The notes under the pieces were generated by a model. It made no database searches, was not told where the DNA came from, and saw only the letters and a list, made by a program, of their open reading frames with translations. A program made the position numbers and the translations under genes. Of a stretch of 64,000 nucleotides of DNA, positions 9,137 through 18,430 are shown in pieces. The stretch is from a virus, in the IMG/VR virus record IMGVR_UViG_3300027801_001493, positions 1-64,000 of that record. The stretch is one strand, 5' to 3'. The number at the start of each line of letters is the position of its first letter. Position 1 is the stretch's first letter.

Positions 9137-9829
9137 TTAACCTTTACCGTTTGCAAATTGCTGTTGAAGTTTAATATTATCCATAAACTCCTGTTGTACT
9201 TTAGCCTCTTCTTTAAATGCGCCTTCTAATACAGTCGTTTGTGTAAGACTGCTGTGTGCTTGTACACCTCTATTCTCTACGCAACCGTGTGTGGCTTGTA
9301 TGTAAACTCCTACATGGTCAGTTACACATGCTTTCTTAATCTCTCTAGCAATATCATTGCATAGTTCTTCTTGTAGTGTTCCTCTACTTGCACACCATTG
9401 TGCTATTCTAGTATATTTAGACAAACCTATTAGTTTATCACTTGCAATAACACCTATGTATGCTACACCTTTAACTGTTTGGTGATGATGAGAACACATA
9501 CTTGTAATCTCACTTCTAATTACAATCATACCTTTGTAACCATCTTCTACATGGTTAGGGAATGCCGTAGCATTAGGGATAGGATCATACCTACCAGTCA
9601 TTAGTTCATTGATATACATCTTTGCTAGACGTTTACCAGTCTGGTTACTGTTAGGATCGTTCTCAATGTCAATTACTAGTCCATCTAGTACTGCTTCAAA
9701 CTTAGGAGTCAACTCATCTACTAGTAATTGCTTATCACCTTCATGTAGGAACTCACTGATGTTATCACCAGCCCAAAACTTTGCTCCTGCTTTTTTAATT
9801 CTTGCTTTTATTATATCGCTTGTACTCAT
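9137..9829 (-). CDS. folE: GTP cyclohydrolase I
   Basis: DPNS..T..R.AKMY, SMCSHH, IGLSKY.R, LQE, HGCVE.RGV, TQT. Confidence 0.93.
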   Translation of the reverse strand: MSTSDIIKARIKKAGAKFWAGDNISEFLHEGDKQLLVDELTPKFEAVLDGLVIDIENDPNSNQTGKRLAKMYINELMTGRYDPIPNATAFPNHVEDGYKGMIVIRSEITSMCSHHHQTVKGVAYIGVIASDKLIGLSKYTRIAQWCASRGTLQEELCNDIAREIKKACVTDHVGVYIQATHGCVENRGVQAHSSLTQTTVLEGAFKEEAKVQQEFMDNIKLQQQFANGKG

Positions 9830-10104
9830 CCTATCCCTCCAGGCCAATCATCTAAGTAATGTTTGGTTGTTTTTTCTATAATTCCGTTGTTCCAATTTTC
9901 AGCACAATCATTTGCATAATGTATACTTTTACCTGGTAACTCTCTTGTTTCAATGAGAACATTATCCTCATACATCTCAACTTGCCAGCAAGTAGTTTCT
10001 AATACTCTTGAGCTACGTTCAGTTGTACCTTTAATTTTGTTCTTCATTGTGTTAAAATCTCTATCTATATCCTCAAATAATTCTAATTGAATCACTTCCA
10101 CCAC
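9826..10104 (-). CDS. hypothetical protein
   Basis: ORF track; start uncertain. Confidence 0.55.
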   Translation of the reverse strand: MVEVIQLELFEDIDRDFNTMKNKIKGTTERSSRVLETTCWQVEMYEDNVLIETRELPGKSIHYANDCAENWNNGIIEKTTKHYLDDWPGGIG

Positions 10105-10583
10105 TCCTCATAAGGAAATACTATCCATTGTTGTCCTTCTACTTCATCAAGTTCTTTGGCAGTAATAGATACTTCACCAAAACTACTTGATAACTTATCA
10201 AATAATGTAACATATTTTAAGCCTTCTTGCAAGAAAAACATTGACTCATTTGAATCTTGTTCTATGCCTAAAGCAACACTATGAATACCTGTAAGTGTTT
10301 TACCTGTGTCATTAATGTCATCTATAATAACAATATTCTTACCTATGTATTTAGACAAAAGTTGTTCTAATGTTCTAGAATCTTCGACTTCGCCATCTCT
10401 TGTTTGCCATTCAAATCCATGGAATGGAACATCATAGTAATGACTGAGCATAACACCTATTGCATATCCACCTCTACCAGGTCCTAATATAACATCTGGG
10501 CTATATTTTTGAACTGCCATTTGTTGTGTGATGTTAGACATCATCTTATCAACATCTGACCATGTGTAATATACTTTGCTCAT
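10092..10583 (-). CDS. type I phosphoribosyltransferase (Gpt/Hpt-like)
   Basis: GPGRGG, PRPP-binding IVIIDDINDTGKT, WIVFPYE. Confidence 0.85.
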   Translation of the reverse strand: MSKVYYTWSDVDKMMSNITQQMAVQKYSPDVILGPGRGGYAIGVMLSHYYDVPFHGFEWQTRDGEVEDSRTLEQLLSKYIGKNIVIIDDINDTGKTLTGIHSVALGIEQDSNESMFFLQEGLKYVTLFDKLSSSFGEVSITAKELDEVEGQQWIVFPYEEWWK

Positions 10584-10589
10584 AGGTTT

Positions 10590-10618
10590 ATTATACCGGA
10601 TTTTGTGGCAAATGTCAA
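10590..10618 (-). promoter_or_regulatory. sigma70 promoter, leaderless transcript
   Basis: TTGACA-N17-TATAAT-N6-ATG. Confidence 0.8.
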
Positions 10619-10642
10619 GTAATATCTCATTTATTTCTCCTA

Positions 10643-10723
10643 CTAATTAACTGGAATTACAATCAAAACAGCAAATAAGATTAAGCCTATCCATATAAAG
10701 GCTCTTCCCCATCTATCGTTCAT
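10643..10723 (-). CDS. 26-aa hydrophobic peptide
   Basis: Manual translation MNDRWGRAFIWIGLILFAVLIVIPVN; GAGG SD. Confidence 0.4.
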   Translation of the reverse strand: MNDRWGRAFIWIGLILFAVLIVIPVN

Positions 10724-10725
10724 AA

Positions 10726-11706
10726 CTACCTCTTCTTGATTTTAGTCTTTTGCCATTTAATTTCATCAAGTATAATTTGATGTATAGAGTTGGTTGGCTC
10801 CCACCCTAATAAATCTTGTGCTAGTGTTATATCTGCATGAGTCTGTATCATGTCTCCGGCTCTACTAGTACCCATTGAGGTTTCAATTGGAGTGCCTATT
10901 TCATCGCCTACTGCACCTATTAGTTCTTTCATACTAATTGGATTACTATTACCAATGTTTACTGTAATGTTTTCATGTTGGTCAAACATATAGTAAGCCG
11001 TGCTTAGAAATGCTCTTGCTACATCGTTAACATGAGTATAATCTCTAACGCAAGTTCCGTCTGGTGTGTTATAATCATCGCCATTGATTACAAACTCGTC
11101 TCCATTTAAACCTGCTTGGGTAAGAATTGGCAGTACATGGACTAACGGATCTTTCTGATATCCATACTTGCCATTGTTACTACCTGCTACATTAAATAGT
11201 CTAAGGTTAGCATAGTTAAAGCCATACACTTCAGCATAGTCTTTAATAATATTCTCTGCCATTTGTTTTGTTCTACCGTAAGGATTAACAGGTCCACAAG
11301 GATCTGTTTCTTTGAAAGAACCATCTTCATTTATACTTGTACCATACACACTAGAACTACTAGCATATATAAAGTTAGGTACCTTAGCACCAACGCAAGT
11401 ATTCAGCAAACTAATAGTTTGGTATACATTGTCTGTGTAAGTAGGCATAGGATCAAGTACACTCTTAGGTACACTATTATCTGCCGCAATATGAATAACA
11501 GCATATGGTTTAATTAGTTCTATTATACCTTTTACTTGTTTGTTATCTATCTCAAACGGATATTGTGTAACACCTGGTATCTCACGTTTCTTCCTATCAA
11601 TGTTAATGACATTAAAGCCACTCTCTACAAATAGTTTACATACGTTAGAGCCTATAAAGCCACTACCTCCAGTTATTACAACTGCTTTTTCCATATTATT
11701 GTCCAT
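10726..11706 (-). CDS. galE: NAD-dependent epimerase, UDP-glucose 4-epimerase-like
   Basis: GGSGFIG, ASSSSVYG, PYGRTK, TPDGTCVRDYTHV.D. Confidence 0.85.
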   Translation of the reverse strand: MDNNMEKAVVITGGSGFIGSNVCKLFVESGFNVINIDRKKREIPGVTQYPFEIDNKQVKGIIELIKPYAVIHIAADNSVPKSVLDPMPTYTDNVYQTISLLNTCVGAKVPNFIYASSSSVYGTSINEDGSFKETDPCGPVNPYGRTKQMAENIIKDYAEVYGFNYANLRLFNVAGSNNGKYGYQKDPLVHVLPILTQAGLNGDEFVINGDDYNTPDGTCVRDYTHVNDVARAFLSTAYYMFDQHENITVNIGNSNPISMKELIGAVGDEIGTPIETSMGTSRAGDMIQTHADITLAQDLLGWEPTNSIHQIILDEIKWQKTKIKKR

Positions 11707-12766
11707 CTATCTTACCTCGGATTACTTCATAAAGTGCTTTGCCACTAAAGAAGTTGTGTGTTAGGCTTGCCGCTTGTAAGTCAATCTTACCTTTGTCGTT
11801 CTCTCCTAACACTTTTTTAATGTGTGCTATTACTAAATCTTTATTCATCTTATAACTTTCAAAGTCTTCTGTCCATTCACTTGGATATAAAAACTCTCCA
11901 GTAAACATCTCTGAATAACTTAGTCTGTCTGGAACCATTGGATTAGCACCTACCAATGCTCCTTCATAACAACTAATGCCTAGTGTTTCTTGTGTGTTTG
12001 CACTAAAGACAATCTTTGCTCTACCTAACAATGAATGGTATTCATCCTTTGTTAGTGTTTGTTCCTGACATACAATCCATTCATACTCCGGCATTGTCTC
12101 AGCCAAGTCTTTGAATATATCTAATTGTTTCTCAGGAGCCAATCTGTGTGGGAATAAGATAATGTTCTCTTTGAATGCACTATCATATTCTTTTAATTCA
12201 TGTTGTAGATACTCCATGGGCCAACCTACTATAGCCGCTTTGCCTGAATTCAATAACTCAAACTTCTCATACCCAAACTCTCTACAGAACATGTCTATAT
12301 GAAAGTCAGTAGCAAAGAAGTTGTTGTCAAAGACTTCAAACATACTGCGTTCAGCATGTCTTACCCAAGGAGCATCTCCAATCAATCGACCAAGAAAATC
12401 TGCAGGATCATACGAGCCGGCATGCCATAAGCCGCCAACTTGTATTTTAACTCCTAACAGTTCTGCCATGTATTTAAGTTGTATTACAGTAGGATTCCAT
12501 GCGTCTGTATAAAGGAAGTAATCGCCATCACTAACTTTACCTTCTGCAAACAACATACTGATAGTTTTTAGTTGCTCTGACTTCCAGTAGTTTGTACCAC
12601 TAAAGTTTAAGAATGCTCCGGGGGTTGTGTCCGTTGGAGCATCACTAGGACCTTCAATAACTTCGACTTCCAGTCCAGCAAGTTGCATTTGCTCAGGCAA
12701 ATACTTCTTCCACTGAGCTGTATATCTTGTCTCTACTGGTTCTAATTCAACTAAAAATACTTTCAT
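11696..12766 (-). CDS. GT-B glycosyltransferase (GT4-like)
   Basis: WHAGSYD, FPHRLAPEKQ, ETLGISCYE (E-x7-E). Confidence 0.75.
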   Translation of the reverse strand: MKVFLVELEPVETRYTAQWKKYLPEQMQLAGLEVEVIEGPSDAPTDTTPGAFLNFSGTNYWKSEQLKTISMLFAEGKVSDGDYFLYTDAWNPTVIQLKYMAELLGVKIQVGGLWHAGSYDPADFLGRLIGDAPWVRHAERSMFEVFDNNFFATDFHIDMFCREFGYEKFELLNSGKAAIVGWPMEYLQHELKEYDSAFKENIILFPHRLAPEKQLDIFKDLAETMPEYEWIVCQEQTLTKDEYHSLLGRAKIVFSANTQETLGISCYEGALVGANPMVPDRLSYSEMFTGEFLYPSEWTEDFESYKMNKDLVIAHIKKVLGENDKGKIDLQAASLTHNFFSGKALYEVIRGKIDGQ

Positions 12767-12768
12767 AA

Positions 12769-12951
12769 TTACATTGCGTTCTTTTTGTCTTGGATTTCTG
12801 CACGTCTAGACTTAGCTAGTTTACCTAGTTCGCCTAATGCCTTTCTTGCTCTAGTCGCCGCCGCTTTCACGCCATTGTCTTCGAACTTAGCACTTTCTTC
12901 TAGATAGGCTTCCATCTGTGCTTTTATTTGTAAATGTGTTTCACTACTCAT
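12769..12951 (-). CDS. histone H1-like (Hc1-family) basic protein
   Basis: NGVKAAATRARKAL.EL.KL.K..R signature. Confidence 0.65.
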   Translation of the reverse strand: MSSETHLQIKAQMEAYLEESAKFEDNGVKAAATRARKALGELGKLAKSRRAEIQDKKNAM

Positions 12952-12978
12952 AACTTTCTCCTTTATATAAAGTTTGTT

Positions 12979-13410
12979 TTAACATCCTTCGTTCGTAGAT
13001 ACATCAACATTTCCTTCTTGGAATCTGTTAATAGGTCTACTATGAACTGGATAGTCAATTTCGCAACCGTTTTCATTATCTTCGGCTACTGATATCTTGA
13101 CAAATCTGCCAGGGTATCGTTTTGCGATTGCAAGATATAAATCCTCTGCAATCATTTCACAACTTTTAAAATTTAGTTGGAGAGTTGCTTCATTATAAAG
13201 TTTCTCCAACCATCTTTTAAACTGTATGAATTCAATGTCACGATCATCGTGAAACACTTCTATCCATACTTTAAAATGAAATATATGTCGGTGTGCATAT
13301 CCTAAGAAACTAACGTCATACTCATCACCCGTTGCTAACATTGGATCGTCCAATGCCGCTGGATACTTATGTATGCCTTCCTTACTAAATGTAACCCAAA
13401 TACTTCTCAT
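12979..13410 (-). CDS. queD: 6-carboxytetrahydropterin synthase-like (QueD/PTPS T-fold)
   Basis: GIH...HRHIFHFKV, DRDIEF, SCEMIA; lies in the folE/queE cluster. Confidence 0.7.
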   Translation of the reverse strand: MRSIWVTFSKEGIHKYPAALDDPMLATGDEYDVSFLGYAHRHIFHFKVWIEVFHDDRDIEFIQFKRWLEKLYNEATLQLNFKSCEMIAEDLYLAIAKRYPGRFVKISVAEDNENGCEIDYPVHSRPINRFQEGNVDVSTNEGC

Positions 13411-13419
13411 TTTATGTCC

Positions 13420-13617
13420 TTAAACAATATTAGTTGCTTGTGGTCCTTTCGGGCCTTCTTCGATATCAAACGTCACTTGTTGATTTTCTTCAAGTGATGC
13501 ATATCCATCTGTTTTAATTGCTGAAAAGTGTGCAAACACATCCTTTCCGCCTTCGTCGGGTGTAATAAATCCAAAACCTTTAGATGTATTAAACCATTTT
13601 ACTGTTCCTGTTGCCAT
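13420..13617 (-). CDS. cspA: cold shock protein
   Basis: [27 protein letters not shown]. Confidence 0.97.
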   Translation of the reverse strand: MATGTVKWFNTSKGFGFITPDEGGKDVFAHFSAIKTDGYASLEENQQVTFDIEEGPKGPQATNIV

Positions 13618-13635
13618 TCTATCTTCCTATATTAT

Positions 13636-13676
13636 GAAGGGTATTTCCTTCGTTACTTCCAAAGGGTAATTCCTTC
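13636..13676 (-). repeat. two 16-nt direct repeats, each a hairpin, upstream of csp
   Basis: GAAGG-AATTAC-CCTTT and GAAGG-AAATAC-CCTTC, 25 nt period. Confidence 0.7.
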
Positions 13677-13698
13677 AAAATCTGTGTTACTTGAATAA

Positions 13699-13896
13699 TC
13701 AAGTGTTATCTCCGTCTCGATAAACAACTCTTTGCTTATCGAATTTGCCTTTACCTAGGTCAGGATTTCTGCCCTTCTCCCAAGGTAGAGGTAATGTCTT
13801 GTTCGCTTTACGCTCTGCAATGATATGATTCGTCATGAATGCAAACATGGCTGAGCCTATAACTAGTAGTATTCCTATTAATGTATTAATCATCAT
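13699..13896 (-). CDS. small membrane protein
   Basis: ORF track; N-terminal TM helix. Confidence 0.6.
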   Translation of the reverse strand: MMINTLIGILLVIGSAMFAFMTNHIIAERKANKTLPLPWEKGRNPDLGKGKFDKQRVVYRDGDNT

Positions 13897-14008
13897 ACTC
13901 CTGCATCTCTATGAGCTTATCTCTAAACTCTGTAATTACTTCTATGACTGATTCTATCTCGTTCATATCTTCTTTAGTATCAATCTCTATATCTATTTTT
14001 ATCTTCAT
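13886..14008 (-). CDS. small acidic protein (40 aa)
   Basis: Manual translation MKIKIDIEIDTKEDMNEIE...; promoter at 14017-14045. Confidence 0.55.
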   Translation of the reverse strand: MKIKIDIEIDTKEDMNEIESVIEVITEFRDKLIEMQEYDD

Positions 14009-14016
14009 GTTTGTAT

Positions 14017-14045
14017 ATATTACACTAATTCGTTACCAATGTCAA
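14017..14045 (-). promoter_or_regulatory. sigma70 promoter
   Basis: GGTTGACA-N17-TAATAT. Confidence 0.65.
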
Positions 14046-14061
14046 CCATTCTTTTTGGTAA

Positions 14062-14580
14062 TTAGTCAATGACTTTATCTCCAACGTATGCGGACCAATC
14101 AGTATAGCTGGTCCTGTTTCTTAAATTGTGTATACTATGACACCAAACTCCACCATTGGGACCTTTGAATGCCTTATCATCTATCTTCAATGTAGCATTA
14201 TAATTAAACTGATTAACATATGGCATAGGTACACTTATCATTGCTACGAACTTGTTGTACTCATCATACCCTGACTCTAATACTTGTTCACAGTATTTTG
14301 CATTGAAGTCTAGTGTAACCCAAACATCTGCTTTAATAAGTTCATGTACTATGTAGTCCCAGGCTTGCCAATCTTGTGGAGTCTCTGGATTAAATGTGTA
14401 ACCACATCCTAAGTAAACATGCTCGATGCCGTTGTCTAACATACGTTGTAGTATCTCTTTAGGATTCTGTTTTCCTACTACAAACAATGTATTCATACCA
14501 AACAGCGGACTGCGTTCTACTTCTACACCTATAAAATAATTAGGATTATCTCCAAAATTTTCTCTATTTTCTACTTTCAT
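14062..14580 (-). CDS. conserved hypothetical protein in the deazaguanine cluster
   Basis: ORF track; FIGVEVE, TLFVVG, GVWCH. Confidence 0.75.
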   Translation of the reverse strand: MKVENRENFGDNPNYFIGVEVERSPLFGMNTLFVVGKQNPKEILQRMLDNGIEHVYLGCGYTFNPETPQDWQAWDYIVHELIKADVWVTLDFNAKYCEQVLESGYDEYNKFVAMISVPMPYVNQFNYNATLKIDDKAFKGPNGGVWCHSIHNLRNRTSYTDWSAYVGDKVID

Positions 14581-14762
14581 ACTATATGATCCTCACGTTC
14601 TTTCTTTGCTGTTCGTTTAACACCTGACTTGCTTGTATACTCATCTGTAATACCTTTTGTTCCTGCAGGAAGTTCTTTTACTAATACATACAAAATCATG
14701 AATATCATAATTGATACTCCGATTGCAAATAAAATAAAATCTATTGTAATTAACTCATCCAT
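14577..14762 (-). CDS. small membrane protein
   Basis: ORF track; TM helix. Confidence 0.6.
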   Translation of the reverse strand: MDELITIDFILFAIGVSIMIFMILYVLVKELPAGTKGITDEYTSKSGVKRTAKKEREDHIV

Positions 14763-15691
14763 ATTAAATAACTCCTGCCCTTGTCTGTGCCGTTTAGTTT
14801 GTTCTCAAATGCTGTCTTGGCATTATCTCTATTGTATGCTTTACACCACATATCAGAAACATTTAAACTGCCACTCTTAATACATTCCCTAGCATATCTC
14901 ATTGACTCTATAAATGTTTTGTCTCTTGGACTAGGAAATTTAATTGTAATGTTCTTCCAAAGGTACCTACTGAAGTCTATATTGTCTACTTTCTTTTCTG
15001 CCGCACATACATAGATGCCGTTCTCATTTACATAGTTGCCTGTCATGTATTGTGGCTTACTGCTATAATCTATAAATGCATCAAAGCCTTCTGTACCTTT
15101 TCCTGCTGGCATCTCTAAATGAAAGCCTGAGTGCTTCATCTGAGTAACGTCTTCGTTGTCCCAATACTCAGGATATGCTTTGCCATATACTGTAAAGTTT
15201 GTATACCCATTACGTTTTAATGCATAGTGTGTAACTCTTGCAAGAAAGCCTGTGCCTATAATTGCTATGCTTTGATTCTTATCTTGATTGTCTGCATTGT
15301 AAACTGCATTAGCAACATTAATGCCACATGCAACTGGTTCTAATATCCACTTAGGGTCTGCTTTGTTTGGTACTTTAACAAATGTTCCTTGTTTGGCATT
15401 GTAGTAATCTGCAAAGCCTGGCTCGCCTCTTGTAGCAACCATGTCGCCTACTTTTATACCCATGTTTGCATTAACCAAACTACCAACCTTAGTAACTAAA
15501 CCTAACCCTTCATGCCCTTGTATCTCTTGTGGTAGTGTAGGAAAGTCTCCATTGTACATAGCAACGTCACTACTACATACTCCAGTCAGTACTGATTTAA
15601 CTTCTACTTCATCTTTAGCAGGCTCAGGCTTATCCCATATAGTTTCTAATATGTCTTGATTACCTGTTGTATGTAATAATTTAACCTTCAT
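14750..15691 (-). CDS. zinc-binding (MDR) dehydrogenase
   Basis: GVCSSD, GHEG.G, EPVAC, IIGTGFL. Confidence 0.85.
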   Translation of the reverse strand: MKVKLLHTTGNQDILETIWDKPEPAKDEVEVKSVLTGVCSSDVAMYNGDFPTLPQEIQGHEGLGLVTKVGSLVNANMGIKVGDMVATRGEPGFADYYNAKQGTFVKVPNKADPKWILEPVACGINVANAVYNADNQDKNQSIAIIGTGFLARVTHYALKRNGYTNFTVYGKAYPEYWDNEDVTQMKHSGFHLEMPAGKGTEGFDAFIDYSSKPQYMTGNYVNENGIYVCAAEKKVDNIDFSRYLWKNITIKFPSPRDKTFIESMRYARECIKSGSLNVSDMWCKAYNRDNAKTAFENKLNGTDKGRSYLIWMS

Positions 15692-16565
15692 GATATGCCT
15701 CCAACTGCTTGTGAATCCATGTATCAAAGTATCTATGCATATTGTAATCTTCTGTCATTGCTTTATGAATCATCTCACCATAAGCATAGTCTGGACATAA
15801 TCCAAAGTGCCAAATGTATTCGCTATCTGCTGTAATAACTTTAATACTTTGGTCATCGTATCCTGCTTTCCAACTTGCTCTAAGTGTAATTGGAGTAACA
15901 CTATTCATTACCCAACTCTCTTCTGCAAAGTCGCAAACATTATACACACCATCTGACTTAATCTCACCATAGTCACTGCCGCCATCCATTAAGTCTGATA
16001 GTTGCCATTGTTGTGCCATACTGTGACCATTACGTTCTAAACTATCTAATGGAGTTATGTTTATTAGTTGTGTGTATAAGTGTGGGAATAAGTCTAATGC
16101 AACTCCTCCCCATGCAGTCTTTCTATTAGTACTCCATCCACCTGGGTTGGGTACTCTGTTTTTGTTTAACCAGTTGATCTCAATACGCAATGGCTTCTCT
16201 TCTGAGTCTTTCCACTTTTGTATTGCTCCTAAGTTATTCCTGTACATATTGTTCTTGCACATAACAAACTTAGTCTTTGGATTCTCATCGCATAATGCAT
16301 TCCACATATCAGCACTAGGTAATCCAGGCTTCTCTACTAACACTACTTTACATTTATCAGCAAGTTGATTTGCTATTAGTTCATGTGAGAAGTTAGGAGT
16401 ACAAATTACTCCAACTTCAAACTTACCTTTAATATCTGTAGGGTTATTGTAGTCCGCTGTAGCGTCATACAAGTCGCATGTAGTTACATCAAACCCTTGG
16501 GCTTGTAGTTGTGGTAGGTAAACGTTCTTACCTATTCCTCCTGTACCTACTAGTATTGCTTTCAT
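15681..16565 (-). CDS. Gfo/Idh/MocA oxidoreductase
   Basis: LVGTGGIG, ICTPNFSH, VLVEKP, GGVALDLFPH. Confidence 0.85.
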   Translation of the reverse strand: MKAILVGTGGIGKNVYLPQLQAQGFDVTTCDLYDATADYNNPTDIKGKFEVGVICTPNFSHELIANQLADKCKVVLVEKPGLPSADMWNALCDENPKTKFVMCKNNMYRNNLGAIQKWKDSEEKPLRIEINWLNKNRVPNPGGWSTNRKTAWGGVALDLFPHLYTQLINITPLDSLERNGHSMAQQWQLSDLMDGGSDYGEIKSDGVYNVCDFAEESWVMNSVTPITLRASWKAGYDDQSIKVITADSEYIWHFGLCPDYAYGEMIHKAMTEDYNMHRYFDTWIHKQLEAYHEG

Positions 16566-16732
16566 CTTATAGTTGTCCAATCCCTTTGTATGGGTTCTTT
16601 AAAGTTACACCAGTTACAAGGCTCACCCTTTGCAGTATGAGTTGGTCCAGCGTCTTTGCAAACATGGAACCACATCTTGTCTTCGTGTCGTAATTCATAT
16701 TCTAGTTCTTCTCTTTTAAAATCTCGGTTCAT
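16562..16732 (-). CDS. small Cys/His protein (56 aa)
   Basis: Manual translation MNRDFKREE...WFHVCKDAGPTHTAKGEPCNWCN. Confidence 0.55.
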   Translation of the reverse strand: MNRDFKREELEYELRHEDKMWFHVCKDAGPTHTAKGEPCNWCNFKEPIQRDWTTIR

Positions 16733-16868
16733 TATCACTTATCAACTTAACTTCGAATGTATCTTCCTCACTATCATGTTCTACTACAAAGGGAGGTACT
16801 GCACCTTCCTGCTCTAATAGTTCCAATCCTTGTGTGAATGTTCTAAACTCGTCCCTAGTCATTTTCAT
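16716..16868 (-). CDS. small hypothetical protein (50 aa)
   Basis: Manual translation MKMTRDEFRTFTQGLE...; ATG overlaps the tgt stop. Confidence 0.55.
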   Translation of the reverse strand: MKMTRDEFRTFTQGLELLEQEGAVPPFVVEHDSEEDTFEVKLISDNEPRF

Positions 16869-18430
16869 TACAGTTCCTCAATTAAATTATCAAGTGCCTT
16901 CTCTTGGATTGCACCAAACTCCTCTTCAACCTGTTGCTCAACTTCCTCATCAAAGAACATACTAGCCGTACTATTTTTAAATGCACTATCGTGATCCTTG
17001 TGTTTGTTATTACTAACATCATCTAAGAATGGTCTGGCATCTTCTAATAATTTATAAGGGTCGGAACTTGTGAATAGTTCTTTAACAAATGTATCAAACA
17101 TTAACATATTCCTAGGCGTGTATAAACTTTCTTGATTAAGTTTCTTACCTTTCTTCTGCCAGTTTCTCCAATCTAATTGATAGTTCTCACATTCCATTGT
17201 TGCTAGGCTGTTTGCTTCTTGTACTGCTCTAATATGCATGTATACATTGTGAGACATCAGTAAGCCGTATGTGAAACTATCCCATGAAGTCTTGCCTTCC
17301 TTGTGTATCTTGTTCAACATACCAGGAGCATACCAATTAACATCACCAGTTGTAAGTCTACTACCAATCTCACTCTCCCAAGGGAAAGGATTTTCAGATA
17401 TGTTGCCTGGACTAAAGTGACTGAATGCTTTGTTATCAAAACACTTCTCCATAATGTAACTCATTTGTCCTGATGTAATCTTGTTTCTAGTATACACTAA
17501 TCCGTTTGCACTACTAATGTATGGACTAGCACAATCAAAACTAACTGTGATATTTGGATTGATGTGTTCTCTTATTTGTCTTTGTATGCTTGTGAGCATT
17601 ACACCCCATTCAAGTTTACTAGTACCCAAGAAGTGAATCCAGTCCTTGTCATGTAGTAAGCCATCGTCTCGCATAATCATAATACGTTTGAGTACCATAT
17701 GCATATCACGAATGTTGTTACCACCCATGCCCCAACCTTCTAATCCATCTGGACCTTGGGAGTAAGGCTTAACTGTTTGATACCATTCTTCTGCATCGTC
17801 CCAATACGTTCCTTGTAATACATTTAGGAACTTTGTATTGCCTATACGATTATCTTTAAACCAATCTAAGTTATATGTAGTACACTTTAAACACTCATCA
17901 AAGTTGTTTAGTCCTGTCTTTTCTCTAAAGCCAGGCTTACATGCCCAACTTGGTACATCAAATGTCATACTCCAATCTGCTGTTCCTTCTAACCATGCTA
18001 GTATCTTTGCTCGGACTCTATCGGCATCGCCCTTGTAATTCGCATCGCCTGGTTTCTCAAAGAAGTTTTCCCAGTCAAACTTAATAACACCTTTACCAAT
18101 TTGGAAACCACCTGAGTCTCCAACAATAGTTGTATTAGTTCTATCTCTACCTTGTATAATGTGTTCCATTACAGCAGACTTATCTAAGTCTAAGTAAGCA
18201 TGACCGGCACTATAAAGTGCTTTGTTGTAATAGTAGTAACCTTTCTCTTTATCTAAAAAGTTCATACCTTCCATGCCATGTTCAAAACCTTTAGGAACTC
18301 TGCTTCTTCCGTCTACTTCTGGAATATATCCTTCTACACTATTACATCTACCTAATAGCTCTGTAAAGAAGCCACTTATCGCTGGCAGGAATGTAGCATA
18401 ATCGCTGTGTTTTGAGGATAAATCTCTCAT
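16868..18430 (-). CDS. Tgt/DpdA-like guanine transglycosylase
   Basis: VGDSGGFQ, MTFD.P, VLQG, GWGMGG, IHFLG, SFDCASP, SHN motifs. Confidence 0.75.
   Translation of the reverse strand: MRDLSSKHSDYATFLPAISGFFTELLGRCNSVEGYIPEVDGRSRVPKGFEHGMEGMNFLDKEKGYYYYNKALYSAGHAYLDLDKSAVMEHIIQGRDRTNTTIVGDSGGFQIGKGVIKFDWENFFEKPGDANYKGDADRVRAKILAWLEGTADWSMTFDVPSWACKPGFREKTGLNNFDECLKCTTYNLDWFKDNRIGNTKFLNVLQGTYWDDAEEWYQTVKPYSQGPDGLEGWGMGGNNIRDMHMVLKRIMIMRDDGLLHDKDWIHFLGTSKLEWGVMLTSIQRQIREHINPNITVSFDCASPYISSANGLVYTRNKITSGQMSYIMEKCFDNKAFSHFSPGNISENPFPWESEIGSRLTTGDVNWYAPGMLNKIHKEGKTSWDSFTYGLLMSHNVYMHIRAVQEANSLATMECENYQLDWRNWQKKGKKLNQESLYTPRNMLMFDTFVKELFTSSDPYKLLEDARPFLDDVSNNKHKDHDSAFKNSTASMFFDEEVEQQVEEEFGAIQEKALDNLIEEL

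Noticed and set aside
14062-14580. Assignment as QueC or QueF
   Set aside because: No SGGxDS PP-loop, Cys cluster or QueF motif; left as unknown.
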